This document shows, in pieces, positions 12,278 to 25,485 of a stretch of DNA of 39,896 nt. A model generated the notes under the pieces. The model ran no database searches and had not been told where the DNA came from. It saw nothing but the letters and a program-made list of their open reading frames with translations. Positions within the stretch are counted from its first letter, which is position 1, and every line of letters begins with the position of its first letter. The stretch is from Octopus bimaculoides (taxonomy: Eukaryota). The stretch is from contig NC_068981.1 of assembly GCF_001194135.2 (NCBI RefSeq), positions 169,616,654 through 169,656,549 of the forward strand. Reading direction: 5' to 3'. The position numbers were made by a program, and so were the translations under genes.

Positions 12278-13095
12278 ATGCAGTTTTCTTAAATGTCGGA
12301 AATCATTCTAATTGGCATCCTGTGATTGATAATCGGCAGAGCACACAACACATAGAGGAGCCAAGAACTGAACACAAGTATACCCAGGTAGAATGGAAGA
12401 TGATCTAATTGCCGGTCCATCATTGATACCCGGTAAACTCATATCATAAGTCAGTGTCAGTCACATCTGAATACAATAGTGCTAGCTAGTAAAACAGCTG
12501 TAATTTGATGCTTGATTAGTTACAATTCAGTTCCCATATAATTTACTCTTTGAATATCCATTCAATTTTGCCCTAATTACTACGCATCAATCTTTATATA
12601 GCAGGCATTTGAAAGACAATTTTAAATAACGGGAGCTCAAGTCTCGTGATTGTGCAACATTTATGTCATCATATTAAATCAACCTGCAAAAATGTGACAA
12701 CAAATTTATAAGTGAGATTGCCATTATTTTATGTTAGGATACCTATGGAGTAAATAATCAAACTGTTGCATACAGAAATAGGCTGCTTGTGGAACCAAGA
12801 AAGGACATATCGGATGCTTTTACTTCTTGAATTGCGAACGCCATTTGTCATTGAGATAAACCAATAAATATCGTTATTCTATGCTATTCAGACAAGTGAA
12901 AATATTATGGGGAATTTACTTTTGAGAAAGGAAAGGAAAAGCAAATATAGAATAAATGAAGATAGCATTACAACGTTAAAACAAAACCTACCGAAAATTT
13001 ATGTGAGTATAAATATATTTGAACGTTTTCAAAATATTTTACCTCTGAAATTGTTATTTTAAAGAGTAATTTATGGAACAATATTCGCAAAAAAT

Positions 13096-13260
13096 GTACG
13101 TACGTACGTACGTATGTATGTATGTATGTATGTATGTATGTATGTATGTATGTATGTATGTATGTATTTATGTATATATGTATGCATGTATGTATGTATG
13201 TATGTACCTATATTATATATATGCGTGTGTCTGTGTGTGTGTGTATGCATTTATGTATGT
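13096..13260. repeat. (TACG)n(TATG)n/(TG)n compound microsatellite
   Basis: Seen directly. Confidence 0.95.
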
Positions 13261-13407
13261 ATGGACACACAGTTGCACATACGTAATGCATATACGCACA
13301 TACAAATACATATACGCAAACACTTCTAGTATAATGCATATACACGAAAGTGAATATATGTATACATGTAAAACTTATAGATAATGAGACAGTTACACAT
13401 AAATATG

Positions 13408-13634
13408 NNNNNNNNNNNNNNNNNNNNNNNNNNNNNNNNNNNNNNNNNNNNNNNNNNNNNNNNNNNNNNNNNNNNNNNNNNNNNNNNNNNNNNNNNNNNN
13501 NNNNNNNNNNNNNNNNNNNNNNNNNNNNNNNNNNNNNNNNNNNNNNNNNNNNNNNNNNNNNNNNNNNNNNNNNNNNNNNNNNNNNNNNNNNNNNNNNNNN
13601 NNNNNNNNNNNNNNNNNNNNNNNNNNNNNNNNNN
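13408..13634. other. Assembly gap (N run)
   Basis: N run. Confidence 0.99.
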
Positions 13635-15169
13635 AAAAAAAAAACAGTTGTTTTCCCGACTAAATTCCTATCTCCTTGGAATCTTCATAGTCCGTGGTAT
13701 ATTTCTAGAGAATTTCATTAAAAAAATATGCATTTTCTTTAAAGTGAAGACGAATTGAATTGGACTCCGGTGAATTTTTAGAAATTCCATCCCCTAAAAC
13801 ACCTACCCCACAAATGTTTTGTATATTCGGTGGGCGTGTGAGACAGAAAGCTGTAGTTATGCCGACAAATGTGACACTTTCTTCATCGGCATCGTTATAA
13901 ATGTGTACAGAAATAAACGAGTGCAGAAGATAGTAAACAATAAAAATAACCTGGCAACGGAAATTATGCTTCATAATACGACGGGCAGAAAGTAAGTAAG
14001 ACATTTTAACCGAAAATAAAGTATTGTACGGGTTGATGCGAAATTTGTCAATCAGTGAAACAAAGAACCATAATCGAAGGAACTAGAAAGAAACCGACAA
14101 CAACAGAGAAACACAAGACCGTACGGATTGAAATGAAATTTATGAAGATACTTCTGTCAGTAGATTATGAAATTACTTACATAAGTAATTGTGAACTTCT
14201 TTCTGTCAGTAATTTGTCGTTGTTTGTTTGTAAATAGCGATATAAAGCTTAAACTCACTTTGAAAACAATAACATTCAAGTTAAAAATGATGTGAGAAAA
14301 TTGAAAGTGAAATGAATAGCGTCTGAAAAATGAAAGTGAAAATAAGAGATATAAATAGAGAGATATGTTACAGAGGGATAGAGATAGATAGACGGAGATG
14401 GATAGAGATATACATAAAGAGATACGTTACGTTACTGACGCTAGAAAACAGGAAGCCAATATTTTAAAAACTTTCAAAGATGTGAATATGATACAAAAAG
14501 CAATATTTAAAAATTTTTGATAATTTTTAATAAAAATATCAATTGAACAGCTTATATTTTGTCCTAGGTGGAATTATTCATGCACCAGAAGTATGGAAGC
14601 AACTGGTGAAGACGTTTGCGCGTGAAAATTGAATACACTCAAATCTCTCTATTTTAAATATATATATATATATATATGCTTCTTTAGAATTAACTGTGCG
14701 AATGTATGTCAGCTCACACATGCAACTTATAAGTAAATAAAATACTTTGATTTTTAAATGGCAAAATGAATCATTTTCATTCGCTTGGATAGATTTCCTA
14801 GAGAGATCATAAATTCAGTCTGCTTCATGGAAGTTTTGATCGGCTGCATGGATGCTTAGATATTTGCGTCATGGAAGCCCTTAAAAGTAAATGAAGGTTT
14901 GTTGACAGATTTAATCTAGTCGACACTAATTTGATGCAGATGTGGTGGATAGAGCAAACTGGAAAATTGCTACGAATTTCAAATTTATTACAGCTACAGA
15001 ATGCATCATGACTTGTACTAATTTTAGCATAATATATAATATATAGCATAATATATGTATGATATATAGCGTAATATATGATATATATCTCTTTTAAATT
15101 TGGTCGATACTGTTAAAGAGTTAACACAAATATTGATGACAAATGAACTTCTGACACTTAAGGTGTTTA

Positions 15170-15580
15170 GATCAGAAAGATATTTTATTTTGTGCTGAGA
15201 GAGATTTAAATTTCGTTTGCGGTGTATTGGCCTGCATTTCAATAACATAGCATACATAAATATTCTTTGGGAACAAATAGTCAAGCCTCAATTCGGTGAC
15301 AGTTTCTGCCACTAGCAGTAATGCTGTACAGTCGTATAATATAATGCGTCATGAGTCTGTTAGCATACGTCTGACACAATTCTACTTAGCTTTTTTCCCC
15401 ATCATTCACGGAAGGAAAATATACACACTATTCCACACATCATCCTGGGATTCTTTTAACATTGTCTTTGACGGCATATCGATAATATTTCCACTTTTGG
15501 AAACGTATGCCATTTTCCTCCCATATATCTCTTCTATGTGATCATGAAACAAGGTGACGGGCATTTGATATTTGTAGTAT
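15170..15580 (-). pseudogene. Decayed coding-like segment (possible part of the minus-strand pseudogene)
   Basis: One frame with three internal stops: MPVTLFHDHIEEIYGRK...DVWNSVYIFLP*...RIILYDCTALLLVAETVTELRLDYLFPKNIYVCYVIEMQ. Only weak resemblance to the RNF213 stalk. Confidence 0.2.
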
Positions 15581-16061
15581 CGTTATGATTTTAATCGGGT
15601 TGACTCATGTTTAATATTTCTCTCTAGTAACGCTAGTAAAGCTGCTACTATTGCTTTCTCTTGGAGTTTGAATGGTTTCATTTACAAACGTATTCATCAA
15701 TTGTCATATTTTTCTGTGTATTTTCCAAAATGCCTATATCTGCACTTGTAATTCTGTCTTGTATAACTTTATAATATTTTCGGTCTCTACTGTCCTGTGT
15801 GCGTGGGTGGTGGGGATGAAATGAGGATATGTTCGTTTATATTTTTGTAATTTCAAAACATACCGCGAAAATATTAAATGGGTTCACGATGTTGCAATCT
15901 TAGCAGTTAACAGGTATTGCCGTTATGAGCCATATAAAACCCCAGTAAACAGTTGTTTTAAAAATATACTGTACAAATATTGAAAGGCAAAATAGATATA
16001 TGTTTAACTTCAAGTAAGTTTCACTGACGAAACTCGACTTGCGCGAAACATGTCCACAGAT

Positions 16062-16353
16062 TAAAGATTCTTTGCCAACATAACATTGCAGTCCTGATTT
16101 AGGACTAATGTTGCTGTAATTTAGCCCCAAGAGACATCGTCTCCAGCTGGCTGTACGACACGATTTGTGTCCTTATAATTTCGAACAAGAGAATCTGGCA
16201 CCCCACCACTCAGCTGAAAACAATATCTGTGTATCGCGATTTCCGGACAGATCGTGTCGTATAGCCAGTTGGAGACGATGCCTCCTGGGGCTAAATTACA
16301 GCTACATTCGTCCCAAACCAGGACTGCCATGTTATGTTGGCAAACAATCTTTA
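16062..16353. mobile_element. Fold-back MITE-like element, 292 bp, long terminal inverted repeats, TA at both ends
   Basis: 16062-16172 (TAAAGATTCTTTGCCAACATAACATTGCAGTCCTG...GACACGATTTGTGTCC) is a close reverse complement of 16245-16353. Spacer about 72 bp. Similarity stops abruptly outside the terminal TA dinucleotides. Confidence 0.85.
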
Positions 16354-17223
16354 CTCCAAAGTACTGTTGCTAAATATCGTTATGAGATTTAAAAATAGTA
16401 ATTTTCTAATGTCCACAGATATTGTCCCTGTTCCTTTTAAGAACTATCAATTTTATTTCTTGGGATATTGATAAATTTCGAAATCTTAAGTGTGTGTTTT
16501 TGACATAATCTTCTCAAGTATTTGAGAGCCCCAATCACTTAATGACAGGTTTACATTTTCTCTTTTTTTATATTTAGAATTAAACCTCAGTTACCTAGGA
16601 ATTGTTTACGTACAGTATTCAGAGCATCACCTGTGGGCATGTGTTTATAGCTTACTTGGATCTTGGAGCTCATGTAAACTTATTTGTTATGAATCGATAA
16701 TTCTTTCTCTTATTATTAGATGTAGTGATATATTACTGGGGAGATTGGAATTCTATGCGCAAATATTGACATGTGATCAATAATTTTAACTAACTTGCAT
16801 ATAGTATTAAACCATGTGTGCATTTTAAATGACAATTCAGCCCCCATCATGAACAAAATAATAACCTGTATTCTTTCTATATTGGGACTTATTTAAAAAC
16901 AGTTTTGTAGATTAATTAGACAATCAAAAATGTCACGCAAACGGCAATCTGACTCGTAGGTAGAAAATATTATATATGTCCCTCTATCTCTGTTTCTCAC
17001 TCCGCACATATATGTATATGTGCTTATATAGATATGCAATCATATAAGTAACAAACCTAACATATGATTGTTGGAAATCGAAGATCTGCATTACAAGTCA
17101 TTATTTGATACAATTCACTAAATTGAAGCTAACCTTTTACTGGTTCAGCAACTGAGCATTTTACAACCAGATACTCAACCTAAAAATTATACATAGAGAT
17201 CATTCTAGGTAATCTTGTCCACC

Positions 17224-17340
17224 ACCCATCCATCCATCCATCCATCCATCCATCCATCCATCCATCCATCCATCCATCCGTCCGTCCGTCCGTCCGTCCG
17301 TCCGTCCGTCCGTTTGTATGTCTGTCTGTCAGTCTGTCTA
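17224..17340. repeat. (CATC)n(CGTC)n(TGTC)n compound tetranucleotide repeat
   Basis: Seen directly. Confidence 0.95.
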
Positions 17341-17675
17341 TCTTCCTATTTTTCTACATCACTACCTTCCTCTCTATGTAATTACGCACTGGCTTGTGTA
17401 TCCGTACAGTAAATATGTTTGACTAGAAAACTAATTAAAATACCGTGCATGCGCAATCACTTTTCCGGTGTCACAATGCATACCACACAACATCTAACTA
17501 GAGTAGCATATTAACACGACCATATAGAATACATAGATTTATATGGACATATAATTTTTAGCAAAATACAAAGACCAAAGCATTATGAAATCAAAGAACT
17601 TACTGAGTAGGTTACAGCAGAGTAACGATAAAGACGTGAATCAGAGCATTTCTTTTCAATGTATAATGACTACCT

Positions 17676-17900
17676 TTTACTTTTTACTTGTTTCTGTAAT
17701 AAGACTGTGGCCATACTGCAGCACCGCCTTCAAGAATTTTTAGTCATGTGAATCGACTCCAGTAATCATTTCTTTTTTAAACCTCGTACGTATTCTACTG
17801 GGGACGTAAACACACCATCATCAGATGTCAAGAGATGGTAGGGGACAAAAGCACCCACAAATACACACAGGCACACACACACACAAACACACACACACAC
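17676..17900 (-). mobile_element. Family B SINE, 3' half
   Basis: Plus strand TTTTACTTGTTTC...GACTGTGGCCATACTGCAGCACCGCC...GGGACGTAAACACACC...GTCAAGAGATGGTAGGGGACAAA overlaps the block at 2057-2110 and matches the recalled 3' end of this SINE. Confidence 0.75.
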
Positions 17901-17918
17901 ACATACACATACACACAC

Positions 17919-17968
<50 letters not shown>
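17880..17968. repeat. (CA)n(TA)n microsatellite
   Basis: Seen directly. Confidence 0.93.
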
Positions 17969-18399
17969 GCTATATAAAAGTATGTGTATATGTACCCCTA
18001 CAGAAAGAAACACACAAATCTACACACACAGACACATGCATACGCAAGCAAACGCATATATATATATGCACACGCATAAAATTTGTTATGCTTTAATAAA
18101 TTTTAGATTTAAAAATATTTTTTACTGAAATATTCCTTTAATTAAAATAGGATGGAATTTAATCATGGATAACGTAATTTTTCAGAAGATATTTTCAACG
18201 TTCTTGAAAGCAATTAACTGTTATGAAATTATGAAATAATGAAGGAGGATCAAATGAAACAAAAACAAAAATAAAAAATAAAAATATACAATAAGGAATA
18301 ATGCTACGTTAAAAATTCTTGAACGGAAATTGCAAATTGGATCCTTAGAAATATTCGTTACGGAGAAAGTTATGTTTCAGACAACTGTGAATGATAATG

Positions 18400-19129
18400 C
18401 ATCATTGTTGTTTGTCTCTGACCAAGTGGAAGACTCGCTGCTGGGTGAGACGACAAGTTTACTAAATGAAATGAGACAAAAGATCTCGTTCCATGCGCAC
18501 CCAAATCTCCAGTTTATTTCACTAGGTTATTGCTTTTTAGCCCCATTTCAGTCAGGAACGAGCTCACTTATAATTAATGACATCCAAACTTCATCTAGAT
18601 AGATTTTTGTTATAAATTCTCGCACATATTTTATTAAGCACTACATTCTCAAATTTGCTTTCTTTTCATTTCTGGGCTTCCATATAATATCTAATTTGGC
18701 CGGCGTCGCTAATAGAGACGGAAATCTTAGATGTTTCCTCAATGAATCGATGTAAAGAGGTGCAATACTGTGGTATAGATCAACAATAGACGAACCTAAA
18801 GGTCTCTATTTGATCAAACTAAACACTATACAACGGAGTTTCAAGCATATTTGCGCAAAGGTTCTTCTGACTTATAAAGGATAGTTATTTGAAGGTCTGT
18901 TTGAGGACTCCATTGGTCGCATTAGTACATGCATAAACATTCCGCCATCTAAGTATATTATTAACATTGTTTAGAGTCTGTGTAATTTAGATTAATCGCA
19001 TTATTTTTCGATAAATCAAGAAGGATATGTAATTAGTTTGATTAAAATCTAGTAAATCTGTTCGATTCGTTCTAAGAGAACCTTGAGTAAACTCTTTTCA
19101 TCAAAAAATAATCCAATCTCACCGATCTG
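18400..19129 (-). pseudogene. Decayed coding-like segment (possible part of the minus-strand pseudogene)
   Basis: Manual translation gives GLFFDEKSLLKVLLERIEQIY, TFAQICLKLRCIVFSLIK, SSIVDLYHSIAPLYIDSLRKHLRFPSLL, DEVWMSLII and LISFSKL, with about ten stops. Weak, colinear resemblance to the RNF213 stalk from memory. Confidence 0.25.
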
Positions 19130-20907
19130 TCAATTTGTATACAAGAATTATTGGCGTCTGATACACGATTCTTTATTTAAGATCATAGCATCTGATATGA
19201 GGTATATTAAGCTGCTATTCTGAGCCTTCCTCGTTATCGATGACTCCTTTGTAATTGGTAGCAGGCAAACAGAAGATCTTATTCGAAAAGTACATTAGAA
19301 GAACTATGGAACAGTGAACTTTAATGAGCTAATTTTATTCCGTATATTTGAAGAAATCCACTCTTTGTTTATCTAAGAGCTGACGATAAGAAAATAAGTA
19401 AATTATAGATCACATTAAGCTATGTAGGTATGTAAGGTGTTGTTAAAAATAATGCACGAAATGCAGGTCAAAGTGAAGGGATATATTGATTGGATTAAGC
19501 CCAGTATAGTATTGGTCTGTTTTACCAATCATAGAATGAAGGAAGGTAATGTTTATCTCATAAATGGCAGGTACCAGATTTAGATTTGCAATTCTACATT
19601 ATTCCGTCCGTTTGAACTTCACAAATTCTTTGTGTTCCAGTTTTTCATATTTGCAGCGTTTCAGTATTTTCATTAGCTCTTGGTACTCCAACTATGATTA
19701 TACATATTAATATATCATTACTAATTTAGAATATATGCACGCTATCTGTAAGCTGTAATAAATAGCAGTCATTTTTCTATGAGTTGCACTCTACTGTCGG
19801 AAAAAAATTCAGTGAAAAAAAATATCGTCCAATATACTACATAAAAGAGGAGTGGCCGTAGCTGGAATAGATTTGCACATCTGTCTATTTAATCCGAGTT
19901 AGTCATGAGTCAAACATCACTAGCAACCTAGTTGTAAATACCTTCATATATGGTGTATTGGGTAAAATCCTCAACTATTCACTTGCGAATTGAACTAAAG
20001 TCATTGAAATGAAACTAGAAATAATCACAAATCTCAACAACAATATCGATTAAATTTAAACAAAAGAAATAAAATAAAAAATAACGAAATAAAATATTCG
20101 ATTCGCAATTCGTCTTTCGGATGTACTGCCTTCTAGTTTGCACTAGTTTTCATAACAGGTGTTTGTGATAGAAACCAATCTAAACAAAATATCATCTTAA
20201 ACTGTTATCTAGTATATTTCCAGTTAAGAGGCTCTCATCGAACAATATCAGAAAAATAACATCAGTTTAACGATAACCATTTGAAAATGCATTGTTTTTT
20301 AATATATAAAACGGCCGATGTTATTGACACAAACATTTATATAGAAATATATATTCATAAATTATGAATATATATTATCTTCCGTTGAGAGATAATTTAC
20401 TCAGCATTTTTTTTCTTTTGTTATTGTTAGGTGAAGCACAAGTTGTTTGCATCAACTTTGTCATGAACATTAATTTATTTACACTTTTCTTAGTATAACC
20501 TTTTTGAACTGAATAATGCGAATTATCATATTCTATTGTTTTGAAATATGCTCATTAATACTTTTTTTAATATAATTGATATTATATTAAATTAACTGAT
20601 AGAACAGAAAACAGACTTGAACATAGTTCATCAAGGTTATGGACAGGACATTATATGCGTTTTCATTGTTTTATACCTTTATTTTTAAACGTGAATGATT
20701 CAAATCAGCAAAGGAATACCAATGACATAGTTTTCTGGTAATTTTGCAAATACAGAATTTGTTCATTTTGAACTGAAAGCATACTGTAGGAAATAACCAA
20801 AAAAAAACATTCAAAAACTTGGTTTCGGTTTGTCAGAATGTAATTATTAGTATAATCTGTGTGACGGTAAAAAAATCTCTCCCTATGGTTATGATATGTT
20901 ATACTAC

Positions 20908-20958
20908 CTGAATCAAGGTGATAGTCAGCTTTATAACCCATTGTAAACTCTTTAATTC
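20908..20958 (-). other. Candidate 51-nt exon
   Basis: acatttgttacag|GAATTAAAGAG...CTTGATTCAG|gtagta; open in phase 1 (GIKEFTMGYKADYHLDS) and in phase 0. Chance occurrence cannot be excluded. Confidence 0.25.
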
Positions 20959-22106
20959 CTGTAACAAATGTTAATAAGTGATAACTGATTCTATATGATC
21001 AGTAATTCCCTCTACTAGCTTATATATGTTTTATGTAGATTAAGAGGAAATATTTATTTACATATTGTAAGGCTCGTTATAATATACATATCAACTTTTT
21101 TCAGATTATGTTATCCTCACTGTAAAAATACTGCAGTTTTAGTCACTAGAAATATGTTTTTACTATTGATCTAACTCTAATTTGAACCGTCGCTTATTTG
21201 ATTGTCTCTGATTTAAAATGTCTGAAGAGATATAACTACCGGTAGAACAATTTCCTATTTGAAACGTCTTAACATTTCTATAACATTTTAGAAAGCAAGG
21301 GTGAATTGAGATTTAAGAAATAATATTACGAAAACTTCGAGACATTTTGAATAAGAAATGATTATATAGGTAAATATAAGATTTAGATGTTATCCGTTTG
21401 ATTTCCCCAAACCGATGAGAACTGAATTCATTTTGGAAAGGCACTATAAGTTATACAAGTAGTGAATACATTAAACAAATATATTCCAGGCATTAAAAAT
21501 AAGATAAATATTTTCACTGAAACTTTTAGGCATCAGGAAAATAATTTATAAAACTTTTAGAGTTATACGAAGCGCGAAATGAAGTGAGCAAATAGATTTC
21601 GAATCTAATTTAGAATCACTTAGTTACACTTTTGTGTGTAGTATCCAAAAATAAAATATAAGATATGAACAGCACATATTATTACGACTCGAAATATACC
21701 ATACTTCCATTTTTGCTTTCCATTTCTACGTTTAAAAGTGATACATATCATACAAATAAGAGAAAAATAATTCGATAAATGTAAACGATACGAAATGATA
21801 AATACTGATGTTTTCCTGCAACATACTTGCTAAAATAACCATAATCGACTGTATATCAAATTACAATTTTAAAACATTAATATAGCACAAAGGAAACGCA
21901 GAGACATGCATTATAAAGGAAAGCATAGAAACGAAAGTAAACGCGAGATTAATGACCCGAATCTTATCTTGATTGCTCACAAATTCAATTTTGTGAGAAG
22001 TCTAGATTAGCTTAAAGGATACTTACAAAAACAACATTATATAGATATACTTGTACGTATATATGTATGTATGCAAGTATGTGTGTTTGTTTGCGCATGT
22101 GTGTGG

Positions 22107-22152
<46 letters not shown>

Positions 22153-22649
22153 TTGCTCGTATGTGTGTGTCCAAGAGAACAAAAGCTACAGTAAAAGACT
22201 ACGAAAAATCTGATAGAGAGAAAAAAGCATAGAAATTTTAAATTTTTGTCTACAGCATTCTTAGCGATACCTAAAAACAAAACAAATAGCATAAGGTATG
22301 GTAACTAACAGGGCATAACAAAATGGGGGACATTAACGAATATTTAATTGATAAATTTAAAACAGAATGACTGAATAGAGAAATTATACAACAATGCTTC
22401 ATGCGAAGTAATAAATGATGTCGAAACATTGGGGCAAAAGATGATGAACCAATTTTCTTCCAAATAAAATGTGAACCCAAGTAACAAATAACATTTTCCG
22501 GAGGACATTTTGGTCTTCACGTAGACATATATATGATTGCATTCTCATATATATGTGCTAATCTGTGTGTATGTATATAAATATATATTCAGACAAACAT
22601 ATACACTTCCGTACATATACCTGTGTGTGTATTTACTATTTGATTGCAT

Positions 22650-22665
22650 ACATACATACACACAC

Positions 22666-22718
<53 letters not shown>

Positions 22719-22811
22719 NNNNNNNNNNNNNNNNNNNNNNNNNNNNNNNNNNNNNNNNNNNNNNNNNNNNNNNNNNNNNNNNNNNNNNNNNNNNNNNNNN
22801 NNNNNNNNNNN

Positions 22812-22892
<81 letters not shown>

Positions 22893-22893
22893 C
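22650..22893. repeat. (CA)n/(TA)n microsatellites flanking assembly gap 22719-22811
   Basis: Seen directly. Confidence 0.95.
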
Positions 22894-23668
22894 AGTCGCT
22901 GCACATTTAGAAGTAGTGAGGTGAGGAAACAATTACATTGCTCGTTCTCTTTCTCTCTCTCTCTCTGTACACACACAGATAGGCACACATATATATATCT
23001 ATATAAAATCATAGAAACACACAACTAGATTCTCGAACGAAACATAAATTCACTCTGAAATTGCATCTCGTCAGCCGAGGCACATCTAATTAGCGTAATA
23101 CTGCTCATAAAATTCAGCTATTTTTACATTATTTTCACGTGATTTGCTTTATCGTTCACGGTTTCCTTTCGTCGATAGTAAGTGGGAGATGCAAATTGTG
23201 CATTGATATGAGATCACCAATAAAAGTAAAAGAACAAAATCCACTAGGAGAAATACAACAGAAAGAATTGTTATATACTGGGATATCTAAATCAGAATCA
23301 TGGCTCGTAATGGAAGTATATAGTAGGTATTATTAAAGCGCTATATTTATCTGCTCTAGTTAGCAAATAATTCTCCTTCTAATTGCATGTGAAAACCAGA
23401 ATTGCACTGTAAAACTATGCTTCACAACAGAGTCCTAGATCCTCTAGCACAGGAGAAACAGGGTGGTCATAGGTAAAATGTTTTGACCACAACGGTGCTC
23501 AATGGGAGCTAATCTGGGTTAAACTGAAGAAACTGATCCATATACTGAAAATATAGTAAAATGTATTTATGTGTGTGGATATCTGTGTACGTCATTTTGT
23601 GATTTCATTGTAGATTAGCTAATCAGAAGTGAAAATAACTTAGCACCGCGAAACTTATCGCCCAACCA

Positions 23669-23717
<49 letters not shown>

Positions 23718-23763
23718 TCTCTATTTATCTATCTATCTATCTATCTATCTATCTGTCTATCTG

Positions 23764-23808
<45 letters not shown>

Positions 23809-23825
23809 TTATCTATCTATCTATC
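23669..23825. repeat. (CT)n(ATCT/GTCT)n compound microsatellite
   Basis: Seen directly. Confidence 0.95.
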
Positions 23826-23865
23826 GCCATGATAGATCGCTAACCTCTACACACATTTTTTTCTC

Positions 23866-24033
23866 CTTGTTTCTCGCCTTGTTTCTTTCTGTGTTCCTTT
23901 CTGTGGAAGACCGTAGGTTCGAAACGTTAAATATTTCTTCTATTCTCGAGCGTTGTACTAATACATCTGTTTGTTTTCTACACCACCTGTCTTTGCCTGT
24001 TGTTTATTTTTGTGAATTCTCCGTATTATATAT
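23866..24033 (+). mobile_element. Probable Penelope-like element terminal (pLTR-like) fragment
   Basis: CTGTGGAAGACCGTAGGTTCGAAACGTT resembles the CTGAnGA...GAAACG terminal signature of Penelope-like elements. It is followed by a pyrimidine-rich tail ending in (TA)n at a gap. The family call is from memory. Confidence 0.5.
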
Positions 24034-24758
24034 NNNNNNNNNNNNNNNNNNNNNNNNNNNNNNNNNNNNNNNNNNNNNNNNNNNNNNNNNNNNNNNNNNN
24101 NNNNNNNNNNNNNNNNNNNNNNNNNNNNNNNNNNNNNNNNNNNNNNNNNNNNNNNNNNNNNNNNNNNNNNNNNNNNNNNNNNNNNNNNNNNNNNNNNNNN
24201 NNNNNNNNNNNNNNNNNNNNNNNNNNNNNNNNNNNNNNNNNNNNNNNNNNNNNNNNNNNNNNNNNNNNNNNNNNNNNNNNNNNNNNNNNNNNNNNNNNNN
24301 NNNNNNNNNNNNNNNNNNNNNNNNNNNNNNNNNNNNNNNNNNNNNNNNNNNNNNNNNNNNNNNNNNNNNNNNNNNNNNNNNNNNNNNNNNNNNNNNNNNN
24401 NNNNNNNNNNNNNNNNNNNNNNNNNNNNNNNNNNNNNNNNNNNNNNNNNNNNNNNNNNNNNNNNNNNNNNNNNNNNNNNNNNNNNNNNNNNNNNNNNNNN
24501 NNNNNNNNNNNNNNNNNNNNNNNNNNNNNNNNNNNNNNNNNNNNNNNNNNNNNNNNNNNNNNNNNNNNNNNNNNNNNNNNNNNNNNNNNNNNNNNNNNNN
24601 NNNNNNNNNNNNNNNNNNNNNNNNNNNNNNNNNNNNNNNNNNNNNNNNNNNNNNNNNNNNNNNNNNNNNNNNNNNNNNNNNNNNNNNNNNNNNNNNNNNN
24701 NNNNNNNNNNNNNNNNNNNNNNNNNNNNNNNNNNNNNNNNNNNNNNNNNNNNNNNNNN

Positions 24759-24768
<10 letters not shown>
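24034..24768. other. Assembly gap (N run)
   Basis: N run. Confidence 0.99.
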
Positions 24769-24789
<21 letters not shown>

Positions 24790-25189
24790 CATCTTGGAAC
24801 TTCCCGGCGCTTCTCTGAAACGTAAGATCATCTCTACCCTGATGACGGAGGTTCGTATTATCCTATGCTGATTGCATCCATTACGACTGCATATTGTGAT
24901 GAACTATATCTACTAACAATATCATAGATCACCGAGCCTCACAAACAGCTTTTGCACTTATAACATCTTTCTGCAACCCCTTTACTTTTCTCTGTCGCTT
25001 TTAAACTGTGTAAGTTGGATCTATTCATATAAAAATGTAGATATTTATGCTAAATATTCATCGTCTGAAAGTCTACATCTTTTGTTTTTTCTCGCTTTGC
25101 ATGTATACATATATGCATATTTTATATTTCGTACCCAAACTATTATATTTGATATACCTAATTTGTCTATCCGCATAATTGCCTCTCTC

Positions 25190-25357
25190 TATATATATAC
25201 ATACACACACAGACACAGACACAGACACGCACACATACACATACACGCACACACACGGACGGACGCACACGCATTCACACATACATACATACATACATAC
25301 AAACATACATACATACATACATACAATCATACATACGTACATACATACATACATACA

Positions 25358-25388
<31 letters not shown>

Positions 25389-25400
25389 GTCTGCGCACAC
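25190..25400. repeat. (CA)n/(CATA)n compound microsatellite
   Basis: Seen directly. Confidence 0.95.
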
Positions 25401-25485
25401 ACATAACCCGTCTTTTTATGTATCATTACCACATATATTTGAATTTAAATTACAGTAATTATTATCTAATATTCTTACACTATTA

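Noticed and set aside
13705-14004. Minus ORF whose end (SNSIRLHFKE...SKEIGI*) also loosely fits the RNF213 segment assigned to 10317
   Set aside because: Two places fitting the same target shows how permissive eye alignment is. Not annotated, and counted as a caution against the RNF213 model.
18330-18602. 90-aa plus-strand ORF
   Set aside because: TTG start, no motif, and it overlaps the more protein-like minus-strand frame.
19470-19560. Very faint family A SINE similarity on the minus strand
   Set aside because: Too degraded to support by eye.
24811-24852. GAAACGTA followed by CTGATGA (hammerhead core words in permuted order)
   Set aside because: Helices I and II cannot be paired in the required register; at best a rearranged Penelope-like remnant.
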